This document shows, piece by piece, positions 50,536-60,198 of a stretch of DNA of 64,000 bases. The notes beneath the pieces were generated by a model. The model was given only the letters and a program-made list of their open reading frames with translations. It was not told the DNA's origin and did no database searches. A program made the position numbers and the translations under genes. Source of the DNA: an uncultured virus (IMG/VR IMGVR_UViG_3300010148_000009). Taxonomy: Duplodnaviria > Heunggongvirae > Uroviricota > Caudoviricetes. How positions within the stretch are numbered: the first letter of the stretch is position 1; every line of letters begins with the position of its first letter. Where the stretch lies: the IMG/VR virus record IMGVR_UViG_3300010148_000009; one strand, written 5' to 3'.

Positions 50536-52560
50536 TTATTTTTCAGATTTTTTACTATGAAATAAAATTGCTGATGGATAGTCAGGTAATTGATGTTCTG
50601 CACTAATCTTTAAAACATTTTCAAGAGGTTTTAACTTTTCAATGTTTTCAATATTTTTTACGCAGGATTTTAATTGCTTGTTCCAATCACTTTTTTCTGT
50701 TGATGTTACAATAGCCTCTATTAAGCTATCTACAATTTTTGTTTGACTAGCGTTTAATCTTTTTACGGAAAATTTACTTTTTACCTCCTTTATAGTAGAG
50801 GTTCTTAAATTTTCTATATCTTTAATGATTGTTTGTAAATTCTTTCTGGAATAAAGCTCATTAGCTTTTGCCCCTGTAGGTCTTCCTGGTTGATTAGGAA
50901 CTTTCCTTTTTGGAGCAGGTTTTTTAACTGGAGCAGGTTCATCCTCTAATATTCCCTCACTTGGAGTTCCTCCAACCAATGGGTTATACATTCCAATACC
51001 CCTTTCCTCAACATATTTTCTTTGAGCATTAGTAAGGGTATTTGGATGTGGGAATAAGCCTGTTCTTATAGCTTCCATTCCTTGCTCTGGAGAAATCACT
51101 CCAATTTCTAAAAGCCTTGTTATGACTCTTTGGAATTGTATTTCATCCTTAACATCAACTTCTTGAAATTTTACTGTTGGATATTTTCTAAATCCCATAG
51201 CTTTACATACCAATTTAACTTGTGGCATTATAAAGTCATTTATGAAACAGTTCCTAGCCTCTTTTAATCTTTCTAAAAATATCTGAGCTTTAATTTGGGT
51301 ACTTGAGTAGTTTTCTTTTCCTACAATAATATTCTGCAAACCTTCCCTAATATCTTGGTTTACAATTTCATATTTTTCTGGACCAAGAATTTTATTTACA
51401 TCAGGAATCACAAAATCAGCTTTAGTTGTATAATCGCTAACCAAAACCCTGCCAACGCTTTCATTTTGGAAAAGACATTGCATTGCGCTAAGGCTATGTG
51501 GATTAATGCCCCCTTTGTCAGGCTCGGTCCCCATAGTAATTAAAAGAACAACATTTTCGATGGTCCTGCTTATCGCTTGGTCAATTTTCTTTAATTCTAT
51601 CTTCCAGTTTAAATCATCTAATACTGGATATCCAAATGGAATAGCAAAAGGTTCGTAATCTTGTTTTTTGTAAAAAGAGTATACCATTTTTTCTGGATCT
51701 AAATCGATTTTTAAACCACTTAGATAAAAAGACCCTTTTTTAATTTGTTCTTTAACTTCTGGAGACAAAGCGTCAAACAATTGCTTATCTTCCTCCGTTT
51801 TTGGAGTCTTTAATCTTTCTAGTTCGTATTCGGATAAAATCTTTTTATATACTCCATTATCAAAAGATGTACTTCTAGTAGAAATAATATCGTATGGATT
51901 TAACAAAATATATCTAACTGGAATTTTCCCTGGATCAAGGTATTCTTTAGATCCATAAATTTTATTAAGCTTTAAAACATCTTCTTTATTAAATTTACCA
52001 TCAACTCTATAAATAAAAATATTACCTGATCTATAATACTCTCTAAAGTATTGATCTTTTAATTTCCACAGGTTAATTCTTTCAAACCACTTATATATAA
52101 AATTTCTTGCTGATTCACTTCCGCCTTCTAAATAAATTTCAGAATTAGAAAACTCAGACATAACATCTATAGCGTTTCTAAAAATAGGTATATTTGCGTA
52201 AGCTTTTTGACACAATTCAATCGTTTCTCTTACATCTATTCCTCCAGCGGTAATACTATATGGCAAAAGCCCTTCTGCGATATTCGTATATTTCTTAGCT
52301 TTTTTGCTTGAGCCAAACCTACCTCTTGTAGTTGAATCCCCACCATCACTAGACCTTAAAGCGTCTGACACAGGATTTGATGCTTTAACAGTCACCATCC
52401 CCTTTGTTGGGTTTGCACTAGAGTTACTAACATAATAGTTATCTCCACACATCATTGGCTCTACCGAGCTATCTTCTGAACCAAGGCTAACCTCTTTTCT
52501 TTTTGAAAGGTTATCCCAATAGGTTGATTTTTTAGTATATTTTCTTTTAGGTTTGCTCAT
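50536..52560 (-). CDS. Portal protein
   Basis: 674 aa, directly after terminase; IFRNAIDVM..FREYYRSGNIFIY. Confidence 0.8.
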   Translation of the reverse strand: MSKPKRKYTKKSTYWDNLSKRKEVSLGSEDSSVEPMMCGDNYYVSNSSANPTKGMVTVKASNPVSDALRSSDGGDSTTRGRFGSSKKAKKYTNIAEGLLPYSITAGGIDVRETIELCQKAYANIPIFRNAIDVMSEFSNSEIYLEGGSESARNFIYKWFERINLWKLKDQYFREYYRSGNIFIYRVDGKFNKEDVLKLNKIYGSKEYLDPGKIPVRYILLNPYDIISTRSTSFDNGVYKKILSEYELERLKTPKTEEDKQLFDALSPEVKEQIKKGSFYLSGLKIDLDPEKMVYSFYKKQDYEPFAIPFGYPVLDDLNWKIELKKIDQAISRTIENVVLLITMGTEPDKGGINPHSLSAMQCLFQNESVGRVLVSDYTTKADFVIPDVNKILGPEKYEIVNQDIREGLQNIIVGKENYSSTQIKAQIFLERLKEARNCFINDFIMPQVKLVCKAMGFRKYPTVKFQEVDVKDEIQFQRVITRLLEIGVISPEQGMEAIRTGLFPHPNTLTNAQRKYVEERGIGMYNPLVGGTPSEGILEDEPAPVKKPAPKRKVPNQPGRPTGAKANELYSRKNLQTIIKDIENLRTSTIKEVKSKFSVKRLNASQTKIVDSLIEAIVTSTEKSDWNKQLKSCVKNIENIEKLKPLENVLKISAEHQLPDYPSAILFHSKKSEK

Positions 52561-52603
52561 CTCTTATATAGTACACGAAAAAGTTAAAAAGTCACTTTGA
52601 AAG

Positions 52604-54469
52604 TTACTTTATAAACATTGGAACGAATGTATTTACTGACTCTTGTTTGTGGTTTTTAATATCATTATAAATTTTTATCATCCAACTTCCTAGTACTAAT
52701 GCTGAATAGCAGTCTTTCCTAGCTTTACTTGGCCCTGTGGTTTTTTTGAGGTTGGCTGGCAAGTCAAAAGTTTGAGTTCCTTGTGGGGATGATTTAACTT
52801 CAATTAGCGCGCATTGACCTTTCGTATATTCAATCATATCGTATAAATGCTCTACCAAGTCTATCATCTTTGCGCCATCACTTTGGCCTTGCTCTTCTTC
52901 TGCAAAATTAGAAAATTTTAAATTTTTAATGGGTATCTTCTTTCTTCTTTGCTCTTGATATGAATCATTCATAGCTCTTGATCCAAACCATATTCTTTTA
53001 TGATCAAAATTAGCTTGTAAAAGCTCGTTGGCTCTTCGTATCCAATTAGATGTAGGCTTTCTTAAACAACAAGGTATTCCATCCTCTTCAAATTCTCTTT
53101 TGGCTAATCTTAAAGATTTTTTATAGTTTTCTAAATCATCAAACTCAGTCTCTATTACATTAACTTTTATATCTGAAGATTTAAATAAAGAACTTTCCTT
53201 TACAGCATTAATAAATTGTACTCCACCATTATAGTCACCAACAATAGCAACAATATTAAAATTAGTTAATAAATAATGAAAATAATTAATATGATTTTTT
53301 AAACTTTCTCCAGCCATAGCATAAACATGAACTAAAGTGCCGTTTCCGTTTTCTTTATCTAGTTTAAATACTTGCATTGCAAAATCGTCAGAGCTTTCGC
53401 TTTCCGCCCAGCTAGGGTCAAATGACAATAAATAATCTTCGCCAGCTTCACCTTTAGTTTCTATAGATGGGTTACTTCCGTCCTCAATTGAACATTGTTG
53501 CATTTTAGATATCTTAAAATATCCTGAGCTATCGTCTGTGAAAACTGCACCAAACTCCCTGTCATACTGGCTTTGACTCATTGTTGACTTAGCTTGCTCT
53601 ATCAAATTTTCATCAAAAAGTTGCTTGGGAGCGCAATCATAAGAAAACTGCATGATCGACCTTGTTGCACTATTATTGCCTTGATCTTGTTGTAAAATTA
53701 AGTTTTCAAAATTTTCATAAAGCTTATATAGATATTCAAACTTATAGCTTGCAGAGGATAACATTATCAATTTATTGTTGGGCCAAACGTATCTTTCTTC
53801 TTCTTTCATTTCGCCTTTTTCAATAAGTTGAGTTTCTAAATTATATAAATCTTCTCTTTCTTTTGGATTAGGTACTACAGACAAGAATGGCACAATAACC
53901 TCATTGTATATTCTTTCAGGCATCAATAACATCTCGTCAATAATAATTCTATGAAATCTAAAACCACGGAGCTTAGATCCATCACCAAGAGGTAAAGCTC
54001 TTATTGAGCTATTACCTATTTCCATAACCCATTCGTCATTAGCTTTAGAAGTTCTTGTTATACATTGAGATAAATATTGAGCTTCAGGTTTAGATGCTAT
54101 ATCTTCAATCTTTTTGAAAATCATTTTAGCCTGACGAAAAGATTTTGATAAAATACCAATATCAACACCTTGATTCATTATGGCATCCATAAATGCAAAA
54201 ATACCAGTAGTCCATGACTTTGACATACCACGAGACCATACCCCTAAAAAATAATCACTTTCGAACATAGCTTTTACAGCCATGTGTTGGAAAGGAAATA
54301 AATCGACTCCAGCTAATAAGTTAGTGCTGAATGTAATGTTTTCCCTGAGAAACTCATACAATAAAAGTTTTGCGTCTCTCTCTTCTATAAAACCATCCAT
54401 TTGAGATATAATTTCATTTATATCTCTTTCCTTAGGTCTTCTGTTTTGTGTTCCCTTTTCCCAACTCAT
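52604..54469 (-). CDS. terL: Terminase large subunit
   Basis: LFPFQ; SRGMSKS (Walker A); LRGFRFHRIIIDE (Walker B); LSSA; FDPS..SDD RNase H-like domain; KDCYSAL. Confidence 0.92.
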   Translation of the reverse strand: MSWEKGTQNRRPKERDINEIISQMDGFIEERDAKLLLYEFLRENITFSTNLLAGVDLFPFQHMAVKAMFESDYFLGVWSRGMSKSWTTGIFAFMDAIMNQGVDIGILSKSFRQAKMIFKKIEDIASKPEAQYLSQCITRTSKANDEWVMEIGNSSIRALPLGDGSKLRGFRFHRIIIDEMLLMPERIYNEVIVPFLSVVPNPKEREDLYNLETQLIEKGEMKEEERYVWPNNKLIMLSSASYKFEYLYKLYENFENLILQQDQGNNSATRSIMQFSYDCAPKQLFDENLIEQAKSTMSQSQYDREFGAVFTDDSSGYFKISKMQQCSIEDGSNPSIETKGEAGEDYLLSFDPSWAESESSDDFAMQVFKLDKENGNGTLVHVYAMAGESLKNHINYFHYLLTNFNIVAIVGDYNGGVQFINAVKESSLFKSSDIKVNVIETEFDDLENYKKSLRLAKREFEEDGIPCCLRKPTSNWIRRANELLQANFDHKRIWFGSRAMNDSYQEQRRKKIPIKNLKFSNFAEEEQGQSDGAKMIDLVEHLYDMIEYTKGQCALIEVKSSPQGTQTFDLPANLKKTTGPSKARKDCYSALVLGSWMIKIYNDIKNHKQESVNTFVPMFIK

Positions 54470-55395
54470 ATCTTTAATATCCTTTTGTCAATATAGTATT
54501 GAACGTCTGAGTGCCACATTTCTTCCCCAGCTTCTAAAAGTTTAGGGATTAAATTTTGAGATCTGTTTCTACCGCCAGAAAAAATAAACTGACAATTTCT
54601 AGCAAACTCATGAGATAAAATTCTCATTTGATGCCAGACGAACTTTAGGTTTGACTTGTGAGCTCCAAAACTATTATTATTAATAATCTTATCTATCGAA
54701 CTTTCTGTTACAATATACATAAATGAGTCGAAATTTTTCGCTCTTTCTAATTCTTTTCTGAATCTCTCGAATCCAACCGTCATGGTAGACTTAAAGTCGG
54801 TTTCACTTTTTCTGTCTACATAAGTTTTATTGTAGTAATCTCCTGATGCGGTGTAATCTCCAAAATCTAATTTATGAGATTTGCTATTAGAAAACTTTAA
54901 TGGAGTTTGCTCTCTAGTATCTATCAGTATTTCCATATCATTTAAATTTTTACTGTCTTTTAAAAATTTACCTTTTATACTTTTATTTAATAGTGGCTCA
55001 ACCTGAAGCCTTCGGCAGGCTTCATTGTATGACCCGAAATATGTTTTATATATTTCTATATTTGGTAAGTCAAGCAGCTTTAATTCTAAATGATTCGGGG
55101 CGTATTGTAAATTCTTACTAATTATTCTTTTGCCTAATATATCAAGTAGTATTTGTTGTACATGCTCTTGGTCAGCTGTCGCTGCCCATTTTTCCATTTC
55201 AACATTATTAGAAAAATAAGTAGAAAAATATTGATCCTTGTTCTTAAAAGGAATTAATTCATTAGTATATAAATTATATCTAGGATAATATGTTATATAA
55301 TATTCTGACAATAAAACACCATGAGCCTTAATATGAGCATGTAAGGATCTCTCGGACTTAAACTCCGCATCACATATTTTACACTTTACACTCAA
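54466..55395 (-). CDS. C2H2 zinc finger plus ERCC4/XPF-family nuclease
   Basis: CKIC..HIKAH; IDTREQ; FGDY; VDRKS. Confidence 0.75.
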   Translation of the reverse strand: MSVKCKICDAEFKSERSLHAHIKAHGVLLSEYYITYYPRYNLYTNELIPFKNKDQYFSTYFSNNVEMEKWAATADQEHVQQILLDILGKRIISKNLQYAPNHLELKLLDLPNIEIYKTYFGSYNEACRRLQVEPLLNKSIKGKFLKDSKNLNDMEILIDTREQTPLKFSNSKSHKLDFGDYTASGDYYNKTYVDRKSETDFKSTMTVGFERFRKELERAKNFDSFMYIVTESSIDKIINNNSFGAHKSNLKFVWHQMRILSHEFARNCQFIFSGGRNRSQNLIPKLLEAGEEMWHSDVQYYIDKRILKI

Positions 55396-56060
55396 CGCCT
55401 AATCCATATTGATTGTTTTGAATCTAATAAACAAATAAATCCATCACTCTCCAATTGCCTCTTGGCAAGAAGAGTTTGTGAGCCGCCAGGATAATCGTTT
55501 CCTTCTAGAAGTACGATTGCAGAGCGACTGAGGCGACTCTTAAAGGTTTCGTACTCTGTTAGTACTTTTACCCTACATGGATCAATAATGTCCTTGTAGA
55601 GCTTATTTAATTCAGATTCACTCATTCCGTTTAATATATTCCTAGCTTCTAAGAAATTTAAACTATCACTCATATGTTCTGTTAATTCATGTATAGGATA
55701 GCATATATCATTTAATATTAATAAGTCTATATACTTTGTACCATATTCATCATAATTAATTATGTTTTTTAATCTTATTTTGTTGGGGTTATAATCTGAA
55801 TATATTATTCTTTCTATTTGAGCTACCCTTTTTAAATTTGTATCATCATGATAAATATCGTAAGTACTATTAGGTATATCCATACATAATTTAGCAAAAA
55901 TATCTACCAAATCAAAACTAGCGTATTGGTTTTCTCTAGATTGACACCCGACTTGAAAAATAGATTCACCCCGAAGACTCTGAAATAAATTAAAGGTCAA
56001 CTGTAAGGTATAATACCTTTGACCCAAACTACTTTCGTATTTAGATAAATTACACGACAT
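55392..56060 (-). CDS. Hypothetical protein (possible degenerate SAM-methyltransferase fold)
   Basis: IFQVGC; IDLLILND; LSRSAIVLLE; start placed at the second Met to minimise overlap. Confidence 0.5.
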   Translation of the reverse strand: MSCNLSKYESSLGQRYYTLQLTFNLFQSLRGESIFQVGCQSRENQYASFDLVDIFAKLCMDIPNSTYDIYHDDTNLKRVAQIERIIYSDYNPNKIRLKNIINYDEYGTKYIDLLILNDICYPIHELTEHMSDSLNFLEARNILNGMSESELNKLYKDIIDPCRVKVLTEYETFKSRLSRSAIVLLEGNDYPGGSQTLLAKRQLESDGFICLLDSKQSIWIRR

Positions 56061-57099
56061 CGTCTTTAGAGATCCCCAAAACTCTTGCCTTCCAGACATC
56101 CATGTTTTCTAGCCTGTCAGCTTCTTCCGTTATTAATAATTTTTGTTTTTCTGCCATTTCAACCATACGCTTTCTATCAGTTTCGTTTTGAAAGAGTTTT
56201 ACTAAAGATAGTATAGATGCATTATTTCTATGTTGATTTTTAATACGTTCTTTTCTATCTCCATTTAAACGCGAAATTAAAGCTTCCTGACGTTTTTCAC
56301 ATTGATTGTATTCTTCACTTTTTGTTTTAAGTAGTTCTGCAAGCCTAACAGTCATATCTTGTTGATCTTCACACTCTTCGAACATTCTATTTAATTTGTC
56401 AATAGCTTTACTAATATTCTTTAAATGAATATAATCCATACAAACATTAATGTATAAATTTAATTCATCACTTGTTAAGTCTGGTTTATTCCATGTAGAT
56501 CTTATATATTCAGCTTCAAACAATTCTCTATCATCTAAACTATTATAAGTATTAATAGCTTGTACGAATCTAGGTGCAGATAAAAATTTTATTGTGCTTT
56601 CTATGTTATCTATGTCTTGTCTTGATAATTCTTTTTCATTTAATTCTTCTTGACAGTAATTATTAATTTTTTTAATTGCTCTAGATGCTGACCTTGGAGG
56701 GAAGTATTTAGCATTCATTGCATTCTCATCTGGATGCAATAATCTTTCATCGATGTTTTCTATAAATTTAGCAACTTCTATTACTTCTTTACTTAAATTT
56801 GTTACATTTATGTCAGGAAAGAGAATTTTTGATATTTCATAAGCAGACATGTCTTCTTTAGCATATTGAATAATAAACTGTTGTTGCTCTTCAGTAAATT
56901 CAATTTCTTCTCTTTTTTCTTTTTTTGTTGTGCTATATTGTAAATCATTAGAAACTAAGTACTGCCTTACAGCTCTACCCTCTTTAGTTCTGCCGTCAAG
57001 AGAATCGTCATCAAATGTTCTCCTTGTTAGCTCAATCAAATCAGAAATAATATTATAGTTATTTCTAATAAATTCTTTTTGTTCTTCAGTTAAGTTCAT
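56050..57099 (-). CDS. Hypothetical helical protein (terminase small subunit candidate)
   Basis: Two LTEEQ-type HTH-like starts plus a coiled coil; upstream of terL. Confidence 0.5.
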   Translation of the reverse strand: MNLTEEQKEFIRNNYNIISDLIELTRRTFDDDSLDGRTKEGRAVRQYLVSNDLQYSTTKKEKREEIEFTEEQQQFIIQYAKEDMSAYEISKILFPDINVTNLSKEVIEVAKFIENIDERLLHPDENAMNAKYFPPRSASRAIKKINNYCQEELNEKELSRQDIDNIESTIKFLSAPRFVQAINTYNSLDDRELFEAEYIRSTWNKPDLTSDELNLYINVCMDYIHLKNISKAIDKLNRMFEECEDQQDMTVRLAELLKTKSEEYNQCEKRQEALISRLNGDRKERIKNQHRNNASILSLVKLFQNETDRKRMVEMAEKQKLLITEEADRLENMDVWKARVLGISKDDVV

Positions 57100-57815
57100 A
57101 TTACATCATTATCTCTAATTAATTTTTTAGCCAACTCTTTAAACATCTTCTCAAAATTTTTAATTTGTTTGTAACCCGCTTTCCTTCCCTTTTCATTACT
57201 TTTATAACCAAGCTTTTCTGCAGCTTTATTAATGTCTAAATTTTTTATATAAATCATTTCGTATATGATATAATGTTTTTCACTTAAATTTTCTCTCATT
57301 AAAATATTAAGTTTTTGATTAGCTTTATCAATGTCAAATTGTTTTTCTTGTTTAATAAAATTAGAACTGTCATCTATATTGACGGCCATATTTATATTAA
57401 ATGAAGATTTCTTAGTTTTCTCCCATTTAGCATAAAGCGGACAAGTACAGTCTTGCTTGCCACTTTTAGTCCAAGAACAATAGTTTTCATCGTTAATGTT
57501 ATCAATCGCGCCAGAAACATTAAAAGGACACTGATTGCACGGCCTAATAAAATTACTATAGTAATTTCTTAGAATGTTTTTGATTTGATTGGATATTATT
57601 CTGTTGAGCCAAGGTTCAAGCGGTCTTTTTTGATCCCATAAATGCCACTTGTTATATATATGAGTTTTTATTATTTGTGAGACATCATCCCAGGAAATCC
57701 ATGATATCGCTTTTAAAAACCACTTACCTCTTCTTTTCTCTACTTGCTCATCTATAACATCATATCTATCTTCAAATCTTATTTTTCTAGGCCTACCTCT
57801 TTTCCGCTTCTCCAT
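57096..57815 (-). CDS. ECF-sigma-like factor with Cys-rich insertion and N-terminal AT-hook
   Basis: DDVSQ..WDQKRPLEPWLNRIISNQIKN (region 2-like); CNQC..C..C.CP; LSEKHYIIYEM..AAEKLG (region 4-like); likely start MEKRKRGRP at 57815. Confidence 0.65.
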   Translation of the reverse strand: MEKRKRGRPRKIRFEDRYDVIDEQVEKRRGKWFLKAISWISWDDVSQIIKTHIYNKWHLWDQKRPLEPWLNRIISNQIKNILRNYYSNFIRPCNQCPFNVSGAIDNINDENYCSWTKSGKQDCTCPLYAKWEKTKKSSFNINMAVNIDDSSNFIKQEKQFDIDKANQKLNILMRENLSEKHYIIYEMIYIKNLDINKAAEKLGYKSNEKGRKAGYKQIKNFEKMFKELAKKLIRDNDVI

Positions 57816-58089
57816 CGTCTTCAAGATCGAATAGCTCTTCCACCTTGAACGACTTCTTTTCAAATGGAGAAACTTCATATTGCAAACTTGCAATGTTGGG
57901 TACATAGTCAATATCGCTCTCATCCTCAGCAAGAACCTCTTGCCTTTTTGTTTGAGCTATTGAATTTTTAACTACTCGCTTTGCAACCACGGCTGAACCC
58001 ATAGGCTTTCCGCAGTTACTACAAAATTTAGGAACAGAACCGATGTACTCGTTTTTACTCCCGCAACTTTTACAATATTTTTGTGGCAT
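57793..58089 (-). CDS. Zinc-ribbon protein
   Basis: YCKSCG..KFCSNCG. Confidence 0.75.
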   Translation of the reverse strand: MPQKYCKSCGSKNEYIGSVPKFCSNCGKPMGSAVVAKRVVKNSIAQTKRQEVLAEDESDIDYVPNIASLQYEVSPFEKKSFKVEELFDLEDDGEAEKR

Positions 58090-58316
58090 TATTTTATAAT
58101 AATTAAATTTGTTTTTTCTGAACCATGAGACTCAAACATAATCTCATCTTTTCTCTTTTTTGTATCTACGACATATATGTTTTTAGTATTAATATTTAAT
58201 TCCTTAACTAATGTCTTAACAGCCATATCTCTAGTTTTGTCTTCTTTCTTCTTGTTTATGAAGGCGACAATTATAGCGGATAACGCTCCGATTAGTGCAG
58301 ATACTATGATTTCCAT
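58089..58316 (-). CDS. Small protein with an N-terminal TM helix
   Basis: IIVSALIGALSAIIVAFI followed by KKKE. Confidence 0.65.
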   Translation of the reverse strand: MEIIVSALIGALSAIIVAFINKKKEDKTRDMAVKTLVKELNINTKNIYVVDTKKRKDEIMFESHGSEKTNLIIIK

Positions 58317-58381
58317 AATTAAACTATACTTGTATTATACAAAATACACGTATTAATTCAATTAATAAATTTTTTATTTTT

Positions 58382-58576
58382 TTAATTAATTATTTTTAAT
58401 TTGCTTTTCTCTATTTTTATCTCGTGTTTATTAAATAAACCCCTAGAGTGTTCGGGCATAATTATTACAAATTCTTTGCCGTGATTTTCAAATCCTATTT
58501 GAGTAAAGATTTTAATTATTCTTCCGCATTTATCTTGATGATCATGCCGAAAACAAATCCTTTCTCCTTCTTGCAT
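58382..58576 (-). CDS. Hypothetical protein
   Basis: 64-aa ORF coupled to phoH. Confidence 0.55.
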   Translation of the reverse strand: MQEGERICFRHDHQDKCGRIIKIFTQIGFENHGKEFVIIMPEHSRGLFNKHEIKIEKSKLKIIN

Positions 58577-58577
58577 T

Positions 58578-59303
58578 TTATATGTTTTCTAGTTTTTTAA
58601 CAATATATTTTAATATCTCACTTCTTTTTATATCTTTGTGATCAAACTCAAAATTATGTATTCCTTGTTTTTGACTAGATTCGTCATTAAATAAATCTTT
58701 AATTTTATTAAATCCACTTTTACCATTGATATCACTCTGCATAGCGTCACCACAAATAAAAATCTTAGTGTTTTCTCCTATTCTTGTAATAAGAGTAATT
58801 AGTTCTTTTACGCTAAAGTTTTGAGATTCGTCAGCGATTACGATCTGATCGTTAAGGCTAGCTCCTCTAAGATAGTTAATAGGCATCGCTGATATAACCC
58901 CTTGATCGTCTAACTCTTTCGCGTCGCTAGCAGCCATTAATTCAAACAGTTTGTCGTTTAATGGCATCATAAATGGACAGAACTTCTCATCTATGTTTCC
59001 AGGAAGCGCACCCATTCCACGGTCAGCGCTTTCTATAATTGTTCTTACATAACTAATGTTATAGTTATTATTCATATTAAATAATTGAATTGCGGCATAG
59101 ATAGCCATAAAAGTCTTACTAGTCCCAGCAGGACCGCTTATAAATACTATCTTAGTGCCCCTATCAAACATTATCTTTAACAACTCTTGCTGTTTCTCAG
59201 AAAAATCTAACTTTTTAAGTTTTATTTTAGTTTTATTAAGAGAAGTCATTGCCTTCTCTATTTCCTGAGCATCATTGATGTCGGCTTTTTTGCGTCTAGG
59301 CAT
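58578..59303 (-). CDS. phoH: PhoH family protein
   Basis: GPAGTSKT; LPGNIDEK; YLRGAS; DESQN; TRIGE; GDAMQSD. Confidence 0.92.
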   Translation of the reverse strand: MPRRKKADINDAQEIEKAMTSLNKTKIKLKKLDFSEKQQELLKIMFDRGTKIVFISGPAGTSKTFMAIYAAIQLFNMNNNYNISYVRTIIESADRGMGALPGNIDEKFCPFMMPLNDKLFELMAASDAKELDDQGVISAMPINYLRGASLNDQIVIADESQNFSVKELITLITRIGENTKIFICGDAMQSDINGKSGFNKIKDLFNDESSQKQGIHNFEFDHKDIKRSEILKYIVKKLENI

Positions 59304-59554
59304 ATGTATATATTATTACAGTTATTTTTACACATGTTCGGATTTTTTTTTAAAAAACGTATAATTCCCAGTAATCACACGGCCAGATTTTGAGAAAAAC
59401 CACCCCCGCGCGATCTCGGCAGTAATCTGCCGTGAAAAAATTCAAAAAAAGGGGGTCATTAGTCTAGCTACTGCAGGCATTAGCTACGCTACAAGCGTCC
59501 TAATTCGAAGTTTTTTTTCTTGTGGTTTGGCTGTTTATATGCTAAGTTATACTT

Positions 59555-59746
59555 ATGAATCACAAAGGAATAGAGATACTCGCCAAGGTCAGATCTGATC
59601 TTGAATGGTGCGAACGCAGGCTTCGGCTTTCAACCGATAGGGTTGAGAAGGAAATTCTCGAAAACCTAATCGAGCAAAACAAGTCTTGGCTTGCTGAATG
59701 GGATTTGCAAGACAAGATCGCAATGAAAAATAATTGCAAGAGGTAA
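59555..59746 (+). CDS. Small helical early protein (leaderless)
   Basis: TTGTGG-17-TAAGTT-6-ATG. Confidence 0.75.
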   Translation: MNHKGIEILAKVRSDLEWCERRLRLSTDRVEKEILENLIEQNKSWLAEWDLQDKIAMKNNCKR

Positions 59747-59793
59747 TCTTTTTCCTTGCAATTCCATAAAAAAAAGTTTATAGTTATATCATA

Positions 59794-60009
59794 ATGAAAA
59801 TTGAAAAAGGATTAAAAGTCGGAGGAATTTATCACTCCTCGCAAAACAATAAAGCCGTGAGACTCGTCTCACTTGATCGCATCAAGGGCGGTCTTCGGGT
59901 TGCTACTATCAAGCACCACGGGCAAGATCACTTGTTCCAATCGGAAGTTTACCTTTCCGATCTTAGCAAGGCAACTGCCGAGCAAGTCGCTTCTTACTTC
60001 AGCCGTTAA
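59794..60009 (+). CDS. Small early protein
   Basis: TTGCAA-17-TATAGT promoter at 59756..59784. Confidence 0.75.
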   Translation: MKIEKGLKVGGIYHSSQNNKAVRLVSLDRIKGGLRVATIKHHGQDHLFQSEVYLSDLSKATAEQVASYFSR

Positions 60010-60030
60010 CCTAAAACAAAAGGAAATAAT

Positions 60031-60186
60031 ATGTTCATCCTAAAATCCATTCTCAACCAAGCGGGAGCCGTTTGGCAAGTCGAATCCATTGCAATGCGTA
60101 AGCGTGACGCCGAAAGGCTCTTGCGTTCCCGCCTTGCTAATAACGACGGCTCTCGTCGTTACGGGCTTTTTTCCGCTAACCGCTAA
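60031..60186 (+). CDS. Small early protein, 51 aa (not in ORF track)
   Basis: AAGGA SD; MFILKSILNQAGAVWQVES...YGLFSANR*. Confidence 0.7.
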   Translation: MFILKSILNQAGAVWQVESIAMRKRDAERLLRSRLANNDGSRRYGLFSANR

Positions 60187-60198
60187 CACTTTAAAAAT

